A stretch of DNA of 64,000 nt, taken from the NCBI GenBank assembly GCA_022449945.1, contig JAKURM010000001.1, positions 7,569 through 71,568 on the forward strand. The letters run 5' to 3'. Below the pieces are notes generated by a model that ran no database searches, had not been told where the DNA came from, and worked only from the letters and a program-made list of their open reading frames with translations. The stretch is from Candidatus Thalassarchaeum sp. (lineage in GTDB: Archaea; Thermoplasmatota; Poseidoniia; Poseidoniales; Thalassarchaeaceae). The position numbers and the translations under genes were made by a program. Every line of letters begins with the position of its first letter. Within the stretch, counting starts at the first letter, position 1. Positions 50,822 to 59,806 of this stretch are shown here, piece after piece.

Positions 50822-52000
50822 TCATTTTGGCGAAATAGAACGGTTGATGACGATTCTCTGGACTTCCTGAGTCCCTTCGTATATCTGCGTGATTTTTGCG
50901 TCACGGAAGAATCTCTCTACTGGGAAGTCCGTAGTGTAGCCGTAACCCCCAAGAACCTGTACAGCTCTTTCCGAGACCCACATGGCCGTGTCACCGGCGA
51001 ACAACTTCGCCATACTTGCCTCTTTGGTATGCCTGGGGGCATTGTCTTCGTAGTGCCTTTGCTTGGCCCAAGCAGCCTTGTATACCATCATCCTTGCAGC
51101 CTCAGTTCTTGTTGCCATATCAGCAAGATAGTTCCCTACGCTTTGGTGGTGGGCTATCGGTTTCCCAAATGCCACCCTCTCGTGGGCATACTTAAGGGCG
51201 GACTCGTAGGCCCCTTGGGAAATTCCAAGTGCCTGTGCAGCAATGCCGATTCTTGAGTTATCTAGGGCGTTCATTGCAATAGGGAAACCCTCTCCCGGCA
51301 ACTTTAGTACGTTACCAATTGGGACTTTGCAGTCTTCTAGTAGGAGGGAGCATGTGTCACTTGAGCGAATCCCTAGCTTGTCCTCTTTCTTCCCTACAGA
51401 AAAACCGGAAAATCCCTTTTCAACGATGAATGCAGTTGTTCCGCCATGCCTCTTTTGGCCATATTCCGGGTGATCTACATCTTTGGCGAAGAGGACGTAA
51501 ATTTCTGCACTTTCGCCGTTTGTCACCCACATCTTCTCCCCATTCAGGACGTAATGAGAACCATCCTCGCTAATCTTGGCCTTGCATCCAAGAGAAGCCG
51601 CATCGGTCCCTGCCCCCGCTTCTGAGAGGGAATATGCACCAATCTCACTCCCGGCCAATCGCGGTAGGTACTCCTCTTTCTGCTTGTCATTTCCATGCAG
51701 GGCAATCGTCTTGGAACACAAGCCGACGTGAACACAGAACATCACTGAAAAAGAAGGATCAACTCTGGCTAACTCTTCAACAATTATCGCCTCTGTTATG
51801 TCATCTACCGGGTTTCCGCCGTACTGCTCAGGAATTGTAATTCCCTGCAAACCAGTGTTCTCGCAGAATGAAGCCCACTCGTCTAGTGGTGCCTTCTGAT
51901 CCCGGTCCCGCTCGAGGCACGTCGGCGCCAGCTCTTCTTCCGCGAATCCCCTGCCCATCTCTCTGATCATTCCCTGTTCTTCGGTCTCTGCGAACTCCAT
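50822..52000 (-). CDS. acyl-CoA dehydrogenase
   Basis: 392 aa, ...GGYGYTTDFPVERFFRDAKITQIYEGTQEVQR C-terminal ACAD signature. Confidence 0.9.
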   Translation of the reverse strand: MEFAETEEQGMIREMGRGFAEEELAPTCLERDRDQKAPLDEWASFCENTGLQGITIPEQYGGNPVDDITEAIIVEELARVDPSFSVMFCVHVGLCSKTIALHGNDKQKEEYLPRLAGSEIGAYSLSEAGAGTDAASLGCKAKISEDGSHYVLNGEKMWVTNGESAEIYVLFAKDVDHPEYGQKRHGGTTAFIVEKGFSGFSVGKKEDKLGIRSSDTCSLLLEDCKVPIGNVLKLPGEGFPIAMNALDNSRIGIAAQALGISQGAYESALKYAHERVAFGKPIAHHQSVGNYLADMATRTEAARMMVYKAAWAKQRHYEDNAPRHTKEASMAKLFAGDTAMWVSERAVQVLGGYGYTTDFPVERFFRDAKITQIYEGTQEVQRIVINRSISPK

Positions 52001-52110
52001 TCTATCGATTCTGCGAGAGAGCAGAACCTGTTAATCTATTGTGGGTCCGGACTAGTCCCTCAATCGAATACTTCAAATTGGAATCTACCCGGCGGCCGGT
52101 CGGTATCAAA

Positions 52111-52620
52111 ATGAATGCGGGCGAATTTTTCGAATTCAGCATTGCTCACGACAGGAAATACACCCTTGATCATCTTTGGGTTCAATTGCTTGATGACGGC
52201 AAAAAGAAAGACGAAGAGGAGATGACGGTAAAGATAGGCATTAGCGAGTTCATCCGGGCGGAATTCGGCGACATAGTGAAGGTCGTTCTTTCCAAGCCAG
52301 AGGATGACAGCGAGTTCCAAGTAGAGCCCAGCGAAGAAGGCAACGACGACGATGCCATATCCTCTCCCCTTTCCAGGGGCGACGAGCTTGGAATTGATGA
52401 TTTGATGATCACAGTTCGGACAGTTGAGGACAGGGTACTGATTAATGCCCCCTTCCCATGCAAGATTGTCGAGCTGAACGGTGAGGTGGAGGACAATCCA
52501 GATCTCGTGAATGAGGAAGCATATGGGGATGGATGGTGCATGATTGTTAAGCCGCATGAATGGGACGAAGACATGCACCTTGACGAGGAAGAGTACATAG
52601 AATACCTGAATGAGATATAA
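52111..52620 (+). CDS. glycine-cleavage H-protein-like protein lacking the lipoyl-lysine, with acidic insertion
   Basis: YTLDHLWV N-terminus and EAYGDGWCMIVKP C-terminus match GcvH. The lipoyl motif position reads TVEDR (ESVKA in canonical H protein). ~40-aa D/E-rich insert. Confidence 0.5.
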   Translation: MNAGEFFEFSIAHDRKYTLDHLWVQLLDDGKKKDEEEMTVKIGISEFIRAEFGDIVKVVLSKPEDDSEFQVEPSEEGNDDDAISSPLSRGDELGIDDLMITVRTVEDRVLINAPFPCKIVELNGEVEDNPDLVNEEAYGDGWCMIVKPHEWDEDMHLDEEEYIEYLNEI

Positions 52621-53898
52621 TCAGGGCCACGAGAGGTTTTTCCATTTCTCTGGATCCTCTTCCTTCCAGTCGATTTCCTCCAAGAGTTCCAGAACCTGTT
52701 CTGAACTCGGCAGGTCTTCCTCTATTTGCCTACGGTGCAACCACCCCTTTAGTTTCCCAAGGCGTCTTCCGGGCTCAAGTCCAGTGACTTCGGATAGAAT
52801 ATTTCCGTCTATTAGTGGAGAATTTCCGGCGGAATTTTCCGGTAATGAATTGATGGCATCCTCCATCTCCATGGCATTTTTCCCCAATCCTTCGGAATAA
52901 AATAATAATTCTCGTTGTAGGTATTCGGGCAGAAAAGTTCTGAATCTTCTGACGCTCCCGGGAGATAAGTCGAAGTCAACGTTTTTTGTATCATGTAGGA
53001 AACTTATGGAAAGGGAATCATCATTAGAAATCTTGAGTAATTCTCTGAGGGTAAGTGACAATTCCTTTCCCGAATTTTCCTCAGGACTGCAAAGTAGGGC
53101 CAGGTTAACCCTCGGATTGTTAGAAAATTCCAAACCACAATCATGATCAATATCGGGCAATATTGAGTCCAAAATCCCATGTTCACCCATCAGTTCCAGA
53201 ATCTGTTTCACATTCCCCCCAGAGAGAATCATGCATAGTTCGCTCCAAATCCTCTCCTTTGAGACTCTTTCTAGCATTTGGACATTTGACCTGATTGCAT
53301 CACTTAGGGCTCGGTCAAGTGTTCGCATCCCTCCTTCTGAGTCATCAAGAAATCTGAATGCCCTCATAATCCTGAGGCCGTCCTCTGAAATTCTATCAGC
53401 GGCGTTTCCTACTGTTCGAATGACTCCAGCCCCTAGATCTTCCATTCCCCTTCCTTCGATGTCAATAATCTCCCCATTTTGGCTGATAGCCATTGCATTG
53501 ATTGTGAAATCGCGCCTGGACAGATCAACAAGGATGTCATCCCCAAAAGATACGTTATCGGGCCTCCTGCCATCTCCGTATCCGCCATCGCTTCGAAGGG
53601 TTGTCACTTCCCATATCCCTTCATTCGACTCCTCTTCTAGTCTAACAATCACAGTCCCATACTCCTCACCAACTAACAGTGTCCGAGGGAAAATTTCCTT
53701 GACTTCATCGGGCTTTAGCGTGGTCGCTATGTCTAAACATCCGCTTACATCCCTGCCCGAGAGAAAATCCCTGACCCATCCTCCCACAATCCAAGCTTTA
53801 CCATGTTCCCATATTTTTCCAAGTACCATTAGGTCATCATCCCCAAGGAACTCCCCAATTTCGACCTCCAATACTGGCACCTTCGCTTCACCGCGCAT
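52621..53898 (-). CDS. class II (bacterial/eukaryotic-type) tRNA nucleotidyltransferase/poly(A)-polymerase-family protein
   Basis: GGWVRDFLSGRDVSGCLDIAT resembles the GGxVRD...DxDxxT head domain, but the DxD spacing is non-canonical. 425 aa, no HD domain. Confidence 0.6.
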   Translation of the reverse strand: MRGEAKVPVLEVEIGEFLGDDDLMVLGKIWEHGKAWIVGGWVRDFLSGRDVSGCLDIATTLKPDEVKEIFPRTLLVGEEYGTVIVRLEEESNEGIWEVTTLRSDGGYGDGRRPDNVSFGDDILVDLSRRDFTINAMAISQNGEIIDIEGRGMEDLGAGVIRTVGNAADRISEDGLRIMRAFRFLDDSEGGMRTLDRALSDAIRSNVQMLERVSKERIWSELCMILSGGNVKQILELMGEHGILDSILPDIDHDCGLEFSNNPRVNLALLCSPEENSGKELSLTLRELLKISNDDSLSISFLHDTKNVDFDLSPGSVRRFRTFLPEYLQRELLFYSEGLGKNAMEMEDAINSLPENSAGNSPLIDGNILSEVTGLEPGRRLGKLKGWLHRRQIEEDLPSSEQVLELLEEIDWKEEDPEKWKNLSWP

Positions 53899-53936
53899 GG
53901 GAGCAGATATATTGAGTCACGGCTCCTGCGGGCCCT

Positions 53937-54347
53937 GTGAAGGTCGAATTGGTACCAGTGGAGATATTGCGCCCACACGAGCAAACCATCCCAAAAAAGG
54001 TCGACGAACTGGAGAAAATGACACATCGCTGGAAGGCGTACGTTCTGCCATTGGTCGTAGATAAAAACACAGGCGTGATTCTTGATGGCCACCATAGGCA
54101 CCAAGTTGCCCTGCGACTAGGTCTTCAATGCCTTCCATGTGTTCTCGTGGACTACCTTGGCGATTCTTCGGTTGAGCTTGGAGTATGGCCAAATTGCGGC
54201 CGAGAATCTTTGACAAAGCAAGAGGTAATCCAGGCAGGATTGGAAGAGGGGCTATTCTCTCCGAAGACCAGCAGGCACAGGCTGTCCGATCACCTTCCCC
54301 CAATATCGGTACCATTGACGCGTTTGCTTCTTCCAGCAGTAAACTAG
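53937..54347 (+). CDS. ParB/sulfiredoxin-like nuclease-domain protein
   Basis: VELVPVEILRPHEQ ... ILDGHHRHQVALRLG (ParB/Srx DGHHR motif), 136 aa. Confidence 0.5.
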   Translation: MKVELVPVEILRPHEQTIPKKVDELEKMTHRWKAYVLPLVVDKNTGVILDGHHRHQVALRLGLQCLPCVLVDYLGDSSVELGVWPNCGRESLTKQEVIQAGLEEGLFSPKTSRHRLSDHLPPISVPLTRLLLPAVN

Positions 54348-54357
54348 TAACATTCCA

Positions 54358-55350
54358 CTAGGGAACCAGGTCCTCGTGACCACCAAAGAAATCCCCAATC
54401 TCTACCTCAGGAGCTCCCGGACTCTCTAATTCAATTGCCAAGAATTCGCTGAAAAATGGCCATAGTGGACCAAGCCACTCTATCTCCGACATCAGCAAGT
54501 CAACAACGGGATGCTCCATCACATCTTCTTCAGTAGAGTCCTCATCTAACGAGGGTAGGTCATCTGGCATCTCTCTGAGGGACTGTACCAAATCGCAAAC
54601 CCTTGCGACAGTGTCTTCTTCTATCTCAATCAGTCCCCCAACTAGATTGAGCGCATCTTCTATGTGGTCTGCCAATGATTCAGGGTCCAATGCGCCCCTC
54701 TCTGACTCGCCAACATCCATGGGGCCAAATACGACTCCTCCGAGATCCGTATCGTACCAGTTATCGCCCTGCCTTTCCTTCTTTGTTAGCCTCTGGTGCA
54801 CTGGTCCTCCAAACGGACCAAGGATGAAACCTCCGTCCTGCACTAGGTGATCAATACCCAATGGAACAGTCCTAACTGCTCCTGTGATCAGTACCCTATC
54901 GACGGCTCGATCCATCTCATCATTGCTTTCCAAGTCAACCGGTCGAAGGACTCTCACTAAGGAAGACGAGGGATAAAACTCCAACCTCTCTTCCGTGTGA
55001 AGCCTAACTTCGTCATGTGGCTCGATTATTGTGATGGCGCCACTTGGCCCGACAATCGAATCTACTAGTGCCGCTAGGTAGCCACCCTTAGACCCCACAA
55101 TTAGGGTGTGTTGACCCTCCTGAATCTCCAAGTGATGCAAGAGTGTCACAATCATGTGCGGGGCCGAAATGGTTCTTGTCGCACCATTACTGGTGAATTG
55201 GAATGGAACAGGCCTATCATGCCAGAATGGCTCCAAGTTGAAGTCAGTGAAAATTGAAGGTTCGACATCTTCCATCGCCTCTGCAATCTCCTCATCCAAC
55301 GGTACACCGGCGTTCCTCAGCCTCTCGAGCAACTCAGACATCATCCCCAT
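54358..55350 (-). CDS. pcm: protein-L-isoaspartate O-methyltransferase with ~110-aa acidic C-terminal extension
   Basis: ISAPHMIVTLLHHLEIQEGQHTLIVGSKGGYLAALVDSIVGPSGAITIIE aligns with PIMT motifs. Confidence 0.7.
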   Translation of the reverse strand: MGMMSELLERLRNAGVPLDEEIAEAMEDVEPSIFTDFNLEPFWHDRPVPFQFTSNGATRTISAPHMIVTLLHHLEIQEGQHTLIVGSKGGYLAALVDSIVGPSGAITIIEPHDEVRLHTEERLEFYPSSSLVRVLRPVDLESNDEMDRAVDRVLITGAVRTVPLGIDHLVQDGGFILGPFGGPVHQRLTKKERQGDNWYDTDLGGVVFGPMDVGESERGALDPESLADHIEDALNLVGGLIEIEEDTVARVCDLVQSLREMPDDLPSLDEDSTEEDVMEHPVVDLLMSEIEWLGPLWPFFSEFLAIELESPGAPEVEIGDFFGGHEDLVP

Positions 55351-55414
55351 CGGCCCCCTCAGATTGAATAAATGACCATAGGGGATTTGAATGCATTGCC
55401 CCTCGGCCCTCTCA

Positions 55415-55490
55415 GGGTCCGTGGTCTAGGGGTTATGACGTCGCTCTTACAAAGCGAAGATCGCAGGTTCAATTCCTGCCGGACCCACCA
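55415..55490 (+). tRNA. tRNA-Val (anticodon TAC), encoded CCA
   Basis: Acceptor GGGTCCG/CGGACCC, anticodon stem TCGCT/AGCGA with loop CTTACAA, T-arm GCAGG-TTCAATT-CCTGC, A73, CCA. Confidence 0.85.
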
Positions 55491-55500
55491 ATAATACGTG

Positions 55501-55508
55501 ATTTTTGG
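55501..55508 (+). terminator. oligo-T tract (ATTTTTGG) 11 nt downstream of tRNA-Val, candidate archaeal terminator
   Basis: Seen in sequence; archaeal RNAP terminates on T-runs. Confidence 0.3.
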
Positions 55509-55534
55509 CAGTTTCCTCTATTATTGTCCCCTCG

Positions 55535-55542
55535 TTTATACT
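55535..55542 (+). promoter_or_regulatory. TATA-like TTTATACT ~37-44 nt upstream of the cinA/pncC-like start
   Basis: Only AT-rich box in the 88-nt gap. Confidence 0.25.
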
Positions 55543-55578
55543 GAAAAGGTCCAATAGTGAATGCCATGACAGTATTTT

Positions 55579-56271
55579 GTGGTCGAGGAGACAGCGGCCC
55601 TAGCGTCAAGGTTGACGCGACGCCTCCGCAAGAGAGGTTGGACCATATCCACAGCTGAATCCTGCACAGGGGGTTTGATTGCCTCATTACTCACTGATAT
55701 CTCCGGCGCTAGCGCTTGGTTCGTTCAGGGATGGATTGTCTATTCCAATGAGTCAAAGATGAGAGAACTAGGAGTCGAAAAGTCCGCCTTCGACAATGGA
55801 GAATCAGGTGCCGTTTCTCACAAAGTTGCAGTGCAGATGGCAAGGGGTGCAAGGTACAAGTCTGGGTCTAATCTGGCAATAGCAGTTACTGGGATTGCAG
55901 GTCCTAGTGGTTCTGAAACAGGAAAGGAGGTTGGCAGAGTCCATGTCGCTGTAATCGCCGAGGATTACTTCTTAGTTAGAAGAATGGACTTTGGGGAGAA
56001 TGATCGTTTGGACAATAAGAGGTCATTTGCTGCATTTGCCCTCAGGCTGGCAATAGAGGCCCTTGACCGGGTTGGGGACGGGGAAAAACGGGCTACTTCA
56101 CTCAGCGTGGGCCCTTCAACCACCGATGAATTACCAATCGAAGAGACGGATGACATTGAATTGGGTACAGAAGAATGGGAGGGGGCGATTTCCTGGGGTT
56201 CAGAGAAGAAGACTGTTTCCCAGTCCCTGAAAAAGATAGACCTAGCATCGTTGATTGATTGGGACGAGTAG
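55579..56271 (+). CDS. CinA C-terminal domain / nicotinamide-nucleotide amidohydrolase PncC-like protein
   Basis: ISTAESCTGGLIASLLTDISGAS...AIAVTGIAGPSGSETGKEVGRVHVAV; GTG start. Confidence 0.75.
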   Translation: MVEETAALASRLTRRLRKRGWTISTAESCTGGLIASLLTDISGASAWFVQGWIVYSNESKMRELGVEKSAFDNGESGAVSHKVAVQMARGARYKSGSNLAIAVTGIAGPSGSETGKEVGRVHVAVIAEDYFLVRRMDFGENDRLDNKRSFAAFALRLAIEALDRVGDGEKRATSLSVGPSTTDELPIEETDDIELGTEEWEGAISWGSEKKTVSQSLKKIDLASLIDWDE

Positions 56272-56327
56272 CAATGACAACGAGGTAATCGATACCATCA
56301 AGGGCGTCCGTGACCGACGTCGGCTCC

Positions 56328-57944
56328 ATGACCTCGACAGGCTGGCAAGAGACGTGCCAGACTTTGGCAGCAGCCGGCCTAGTAGTCCAGGCAAGTGCGC
56401 GAAAGGAGATAGAGGGCCTTAACAGCCTAATTCCCTTAATTGAAGCGGCAAACTCATCAGGAGTAAGGCTACTGAATGATAGTACTGTGGGAGATCTTCT
56501 GGCGATAGCCCCCAAAGAAACAGATGAGCCAATGCAAAAGGCCCCAAAGCTATCGCAGGTAACTCTGTCCGACTCAGACAGCCCGTCTCCCATCGGTAGG
56601 GTACTAGCACCGGTAGGCGATACATCGACATCACCCCAACCCCGTCCTCACGGATCATCGAATTATAGCATCGAAGACTTTCCCATGGCCGCCAGTGAGG
56701 TTGACTCTGAAATCGAGATACACTTCGACATTACGGGGAAATCCACTACCGAAGGCACACTGGGTGACATGCAATCTTGCTTCAGAAGCAGACTGTCCCA
56801 GATTCGAAACATCATGATTTCTCAAAGGGTATTGCCAAGGAGGCCAATAAACAACTCAGAGGCTTGGAGGAACAGGCAGAGGCACAACTCCAAAGACTAC
56901 GAGATTACAATAGTTGGCCTCGTTAGTGAGGTCCGGTGGGCTCGAAGTGGCAGCCTGATGTTCGACGTCGAAGACGAAACTACTAGGATTGGTTGCATAC
57001 TCAAACCACCATCTGATGCTTCCCCCCTCCATCCCTCGATGGACGGGCTGATGGATGATGAGATAGTTGGCGTAAGCGGGAATTTCCTTTCCGGCGAGAG
57101 AGACACCAAGTTCTTTGTCAGAGACATCCACAAACCACCACTCGGAAACCATTCCAAAGCACAGGCAGGCAATGCTTCGGCCGTCTCGGCCGCATTCCTT
57201 TCTGATGTCCATCTCGGGAGTAAGACGTTTCTGACTTCTCAATGGGGGAAGATGATTCATTGGTTCAACAACGATCCTCTGGCCCGTACTGTGAAGTATT
57301 TCGTCCTGAGCGGGGATGGGGTTGATGGCGTAGGAATCTACCCCGGTCAAGAGAGGCATCTGACGATCAAAGATCTCTTCAAACAATACTCGGAGCTTGC
57401 AAGGATGCTCGAGGAGATTCCCGATTGGGTGGATGTTGTCATGCTTCCCGGAAATCATGATGCTGTAAGGCCAGCAGAACCCCAGCCAGCACTAGATCCC
57501 GAGGTCCAGCAGGACTACTCAAATACGGTCTTCGTAGGGAATCCATGCGACTTCAGCTTACATGGCGTTAGGGTGCTATCCTATCACGGAAAGAGCATTG
57601 ATGACTTCGTTGCGACCCTTCGTTCCGTTACCTATTCCAGGCCCGAGATGGCGATGAAGGCCATGCTCGAGAGGAGGCATCTGGCTCCCTCATGGGGGGG
57701 AAAGACTCCACTTTCACCGGAACCCGAAGATAGGCTAGTAATACCTGTAATTCCCGATATATTCGTGACTGGGCATGTTCATGGGCACTTCGTCGGAAAC
57801 CACAAGGGCACCACAATGGTCCACAGCTCCACATGGCAGGATCAAACAGATTTCCAGAGGATGCTCGGATTCCAGCCAAAGCCATGCGTGTTGACAGTAG
57901 TCAATCTCCATACTTATGCTACAGCTTCAATCAACTTCGTGTAA
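56328..57944 (+). CDS. DNA polymerase II (PolD) small subunit DP1
   Basis: OB-fold region then calcineurin-like phosphoesterase motifs FLSDVHLGS, GNHD, GHVHG. ORF track starts at GTG 56310; first ATG 56328. Confidence 0.85.
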   Translation: MTSTGWQETCQTLAAAGLVVQASARKEIEGLNSLIPLIEAANSSGVRLLNDSTVGDLLAIAPKETDEPMQKAPKLSQVTLSDSDSPSPIGRVLAPVGDTSTSPQPRPHGSSNYSIEDFPMAASEVDSEIEIHFDITGKSTTEGTLGDMQSCFRSRLSQIRNIMISQRVLPRRPINNSEAWRNRQRHNSKDYEITIVGLVSEVRWARSGSLMFDVEDETTRIGCILKPPSDASPLHPSMDGLMDDEIVGVSGNFLSGERDTKFFVRDIHKPPLGNHSKAQAGNASAVSAAFLSDVHLGSKTFLTSQWGKMIHWFNNDPLARTVKYFVLSGDGVDGVGIYPGQERHLTIKDLFKQYSELARMLEEIPDWVDVVMLPGNHDAVRPAEPQPALDPEVQQDYSNTVFVGNPCDFSLHGVRVLSYHGKSIDDFVATLRSVTYSRPEMAMKAMLERRHLAPSWGGKTPLSPEPEDRLVIPVIPDIFVTGHVHGHFVGNHKGTTMVHSSTWQDQTDFQRMLGFQPKPCVLTVVNLHTYATASINFV

Positions 57945-58611
57945 AGAAATCCACTTCTTCAGGAAAAAGATAGGGCCAGATTCCCCTCAGATCCTTGCCC
58001 TCTACAATCGGCACACCAGCTTCTCCAAAGGCCAGAAAGGCCCTCTCTCGAGCTGGATTGAAGCCAATAAATCTAGAATTACCAACTTTCATTGAAAGAT
58101 CAGTACTGGAGTCCCCGACCGATACAACTGCCGAATCGTTGAATTCATTTATTCGAACCATTTTCTCGACCATCAGACCTTTGTTGTGCGAGAAAACCCT
58201 CGTGGGAACTCCTCCGACCAACCACCCTCCATCGTCCCATTCGAACCCATTTGAGGCCCAATCGTCTACCTTCAGCATACTTGCTATTGCCCCAACAAAC
58301 AAATCAACCCCGGATGAGATTATTGCCACGTAAACCCCTCTAGACTGCAGCTCCTCGACAACTTCTCTTGCACCCTCCATCAGTTGTGCCCCACTGTAGC
58401 AACGCATGATGTCGTCCCTGTGTATGGAAGGTCGAACTTCTCTCCATTTTCGAATGTCGTCCTCTACAAAATCGGCCTCGGAGATTCTCCCGTCAAGGAA
58501 AATCTGCAGCGTTTCCTCGTTTTCCGTGCCGAATTCTCTGTGAATCGCCTCCCACGAAGACCCGTTGTCGGCAAGCACACCATCACAGTCAAAGGCCACG
58601 GCCTGAATCAT
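57931..58611 (-). CDS. HAD-superfamily hydrolase, phosphoserine-phosphatase-like (subfamily IB)
   Basis: AVAFDCDGVLADN (DxDG), ...SVGDSSTDLSM (motif III). Confidence 0.6.
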   Translation of the reverse strand: MIQAVAFDCDGVLADNGSSWEAIHREFGTENEETLQIFLDGRISEADFVEDDIRKWREVRPSIHRDDIMRCYSGAQLMEGAREVVEELQSRGVYVAIISSGVDLFVGAIASMLKVDDWASNGFEWDDGGWLVGGVPTRVFSHNKGLMVEKMVRINEFNDSAVVSVGDSSTDLSMKVGNSRFIGFNPARERAFLAFGEAGVPIVEGKDLRGIWPYLFPEEVDFFTRS

Positions 58612-58730
58612 AGTAACTAAACAATGGTCTAGTTGGCGGCTAATAATTCGACAGGTGAGTTGATTTCACACCTCTTTCTCCGCCGATTGTGGACGACAAC
58701 CAAATACAGAAAAGGGCAATCAAGGTGAGG

Positions 58731-58955
58731 ATGCTATTTTTCGGTCCATTGGTGGAGAAGATGGGCTCACGTGAGATAGAGGTCCCCCTCAACGAAGGGA
58801 CAACTCTCCTGGAGCTCGCCGAAAAATTTCATCTTTCCAAACTGATTGGTAGCGGACTAAGAATCGCCATAGATGGGGAGATAACTGAGAAATTGGACCA
58901 ACCCCTTGCCGACGCTGCCGAAATCGCCTTCCTCCCTCCGGTTTCGGGCGGTTAG
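58731..58955 (+). CDS. MoaD/ThiS-family ubiquitin-like small archaeal modifier protein (C-terminal GG)
   Basis: MLFFGPLVEKMGSREIEV...FLPPVSGG; start taken at the internal ATG. Confidence 0.65.
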   Translation: MLFFGPLVEKMGSREIEVPLNEGTTLLELAEKFHLSKLIGSGLRIAIDGEITEKLDQPLADAAEIAFLPPVSGG

Positions 58956-59010
58956 CAGATTTCTAGGCCGAAGCATTTGAACGGAATAGCCCACACCTGG
59001 GACCGATAAC

Positions 59011-59217
59011 ATGGCGCTTGGCACGGTCGAGATAGGCATCCTTGCAATAATTGCGATTTTCCTTTTTGGGGCCAATAAGATCCCTCAACTGGCCCGGAGT
59101 GTCGGTTTGGCAAAGGGCGAGTATCAAAAGGCACTCAGCGAATCCTCAGCGAGTGAGGCAATGAGTGACATGGATAGGGGCGGAATGACGGAAGATATCG
59201 CCTCAGAGCAAGAGTGA
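59011..59217 (+). CDS. tatA: twin-arginine translocase TatA/E-family protein
   Basis: MALGTVEIGILAIIAIFLFGANKIPQLARSVGLAKGEYQKA matches the TatA TM plus amphipathic helix. Confidence 0.7.
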   Translation: MALGTVEIGILAIIAIFLFGANKIPQLARSVGLAKGEYQKALSESSASEAMSDMDRGGMTEDIASEQE

Positions 59218-59715
59218 CTACTCCATCTTCTTCACCCTTAATGGGGCCCCACAGTCCTGGCATTCTCCCAGTTCCTCTTTTTTGAGGGTGACAAAATTGG
59301 GCTGTTCCGCTTTCGATTGGCAGCCGGAGCACCTCACTTCCCATTTCCAAACCGAGGAAATCCCACCAGTCTCGACTGGCAGCCATTCAACACCGGCATT
59401 CTTGCATAGATTCTGTAGCCTGTAATCATCCGTGTGCAACCTACCATTCTTCTCGATAGCCAATGCAAGGAGGCCGAGGTCAATAGAGGACAGACCTGAA
59501 ATATCACCTGTTTTTGATGCCAATTTTCTAGCAATCTCAACGGACTCATCAGTTGGAGTTTCCCAGTTTAGGTCCGACACCTCGAGAGAAATCATCCTTT
59601 CAGGAAATTTTCTTTCTACCTCTCCTTTCTGTCCCTCAAGAACGACAGCACCCGACATCCTCTCCACGGGCCATGAGATTAGGGCCGAGGTGTCCAGTAC
59701 ATCTACAGATTCCAT
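59218..59715 (-). CDS. nob1: Nob1-like PIN-domain endonuclease with C-terminal zinc ribbon (pre-16S rRNA D-site nuclease homolog)
   Basis: N-terminal PIN (DVLDTSALIS), C-terminal CSGCQS...CQDCGA. Confidence 0.65.
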   Translation of the reverse strand: MESVDVLDTSALISWPVERMSGAVVLEGQKGEVERKFPERMISLEVSDLNWETPTDESVEIARKLASKTGDISGLSSIDLGLLALAIEKNGRLHTDDYRLQNLCKNAGVEWLPVETGGISSVWKWEVRCSGCQSKAEQPNFVTLKKEELGECQDCGAPLRVKKME

Positions 59716-59806
59716 GGCCCCGGGTCGCCGTCAAGCAATTATAGGTCTTGTAAGCCACAATAATTACATTTGTCAAAGCAACGATTATGTCAATGGCATT
59801 GGACCA

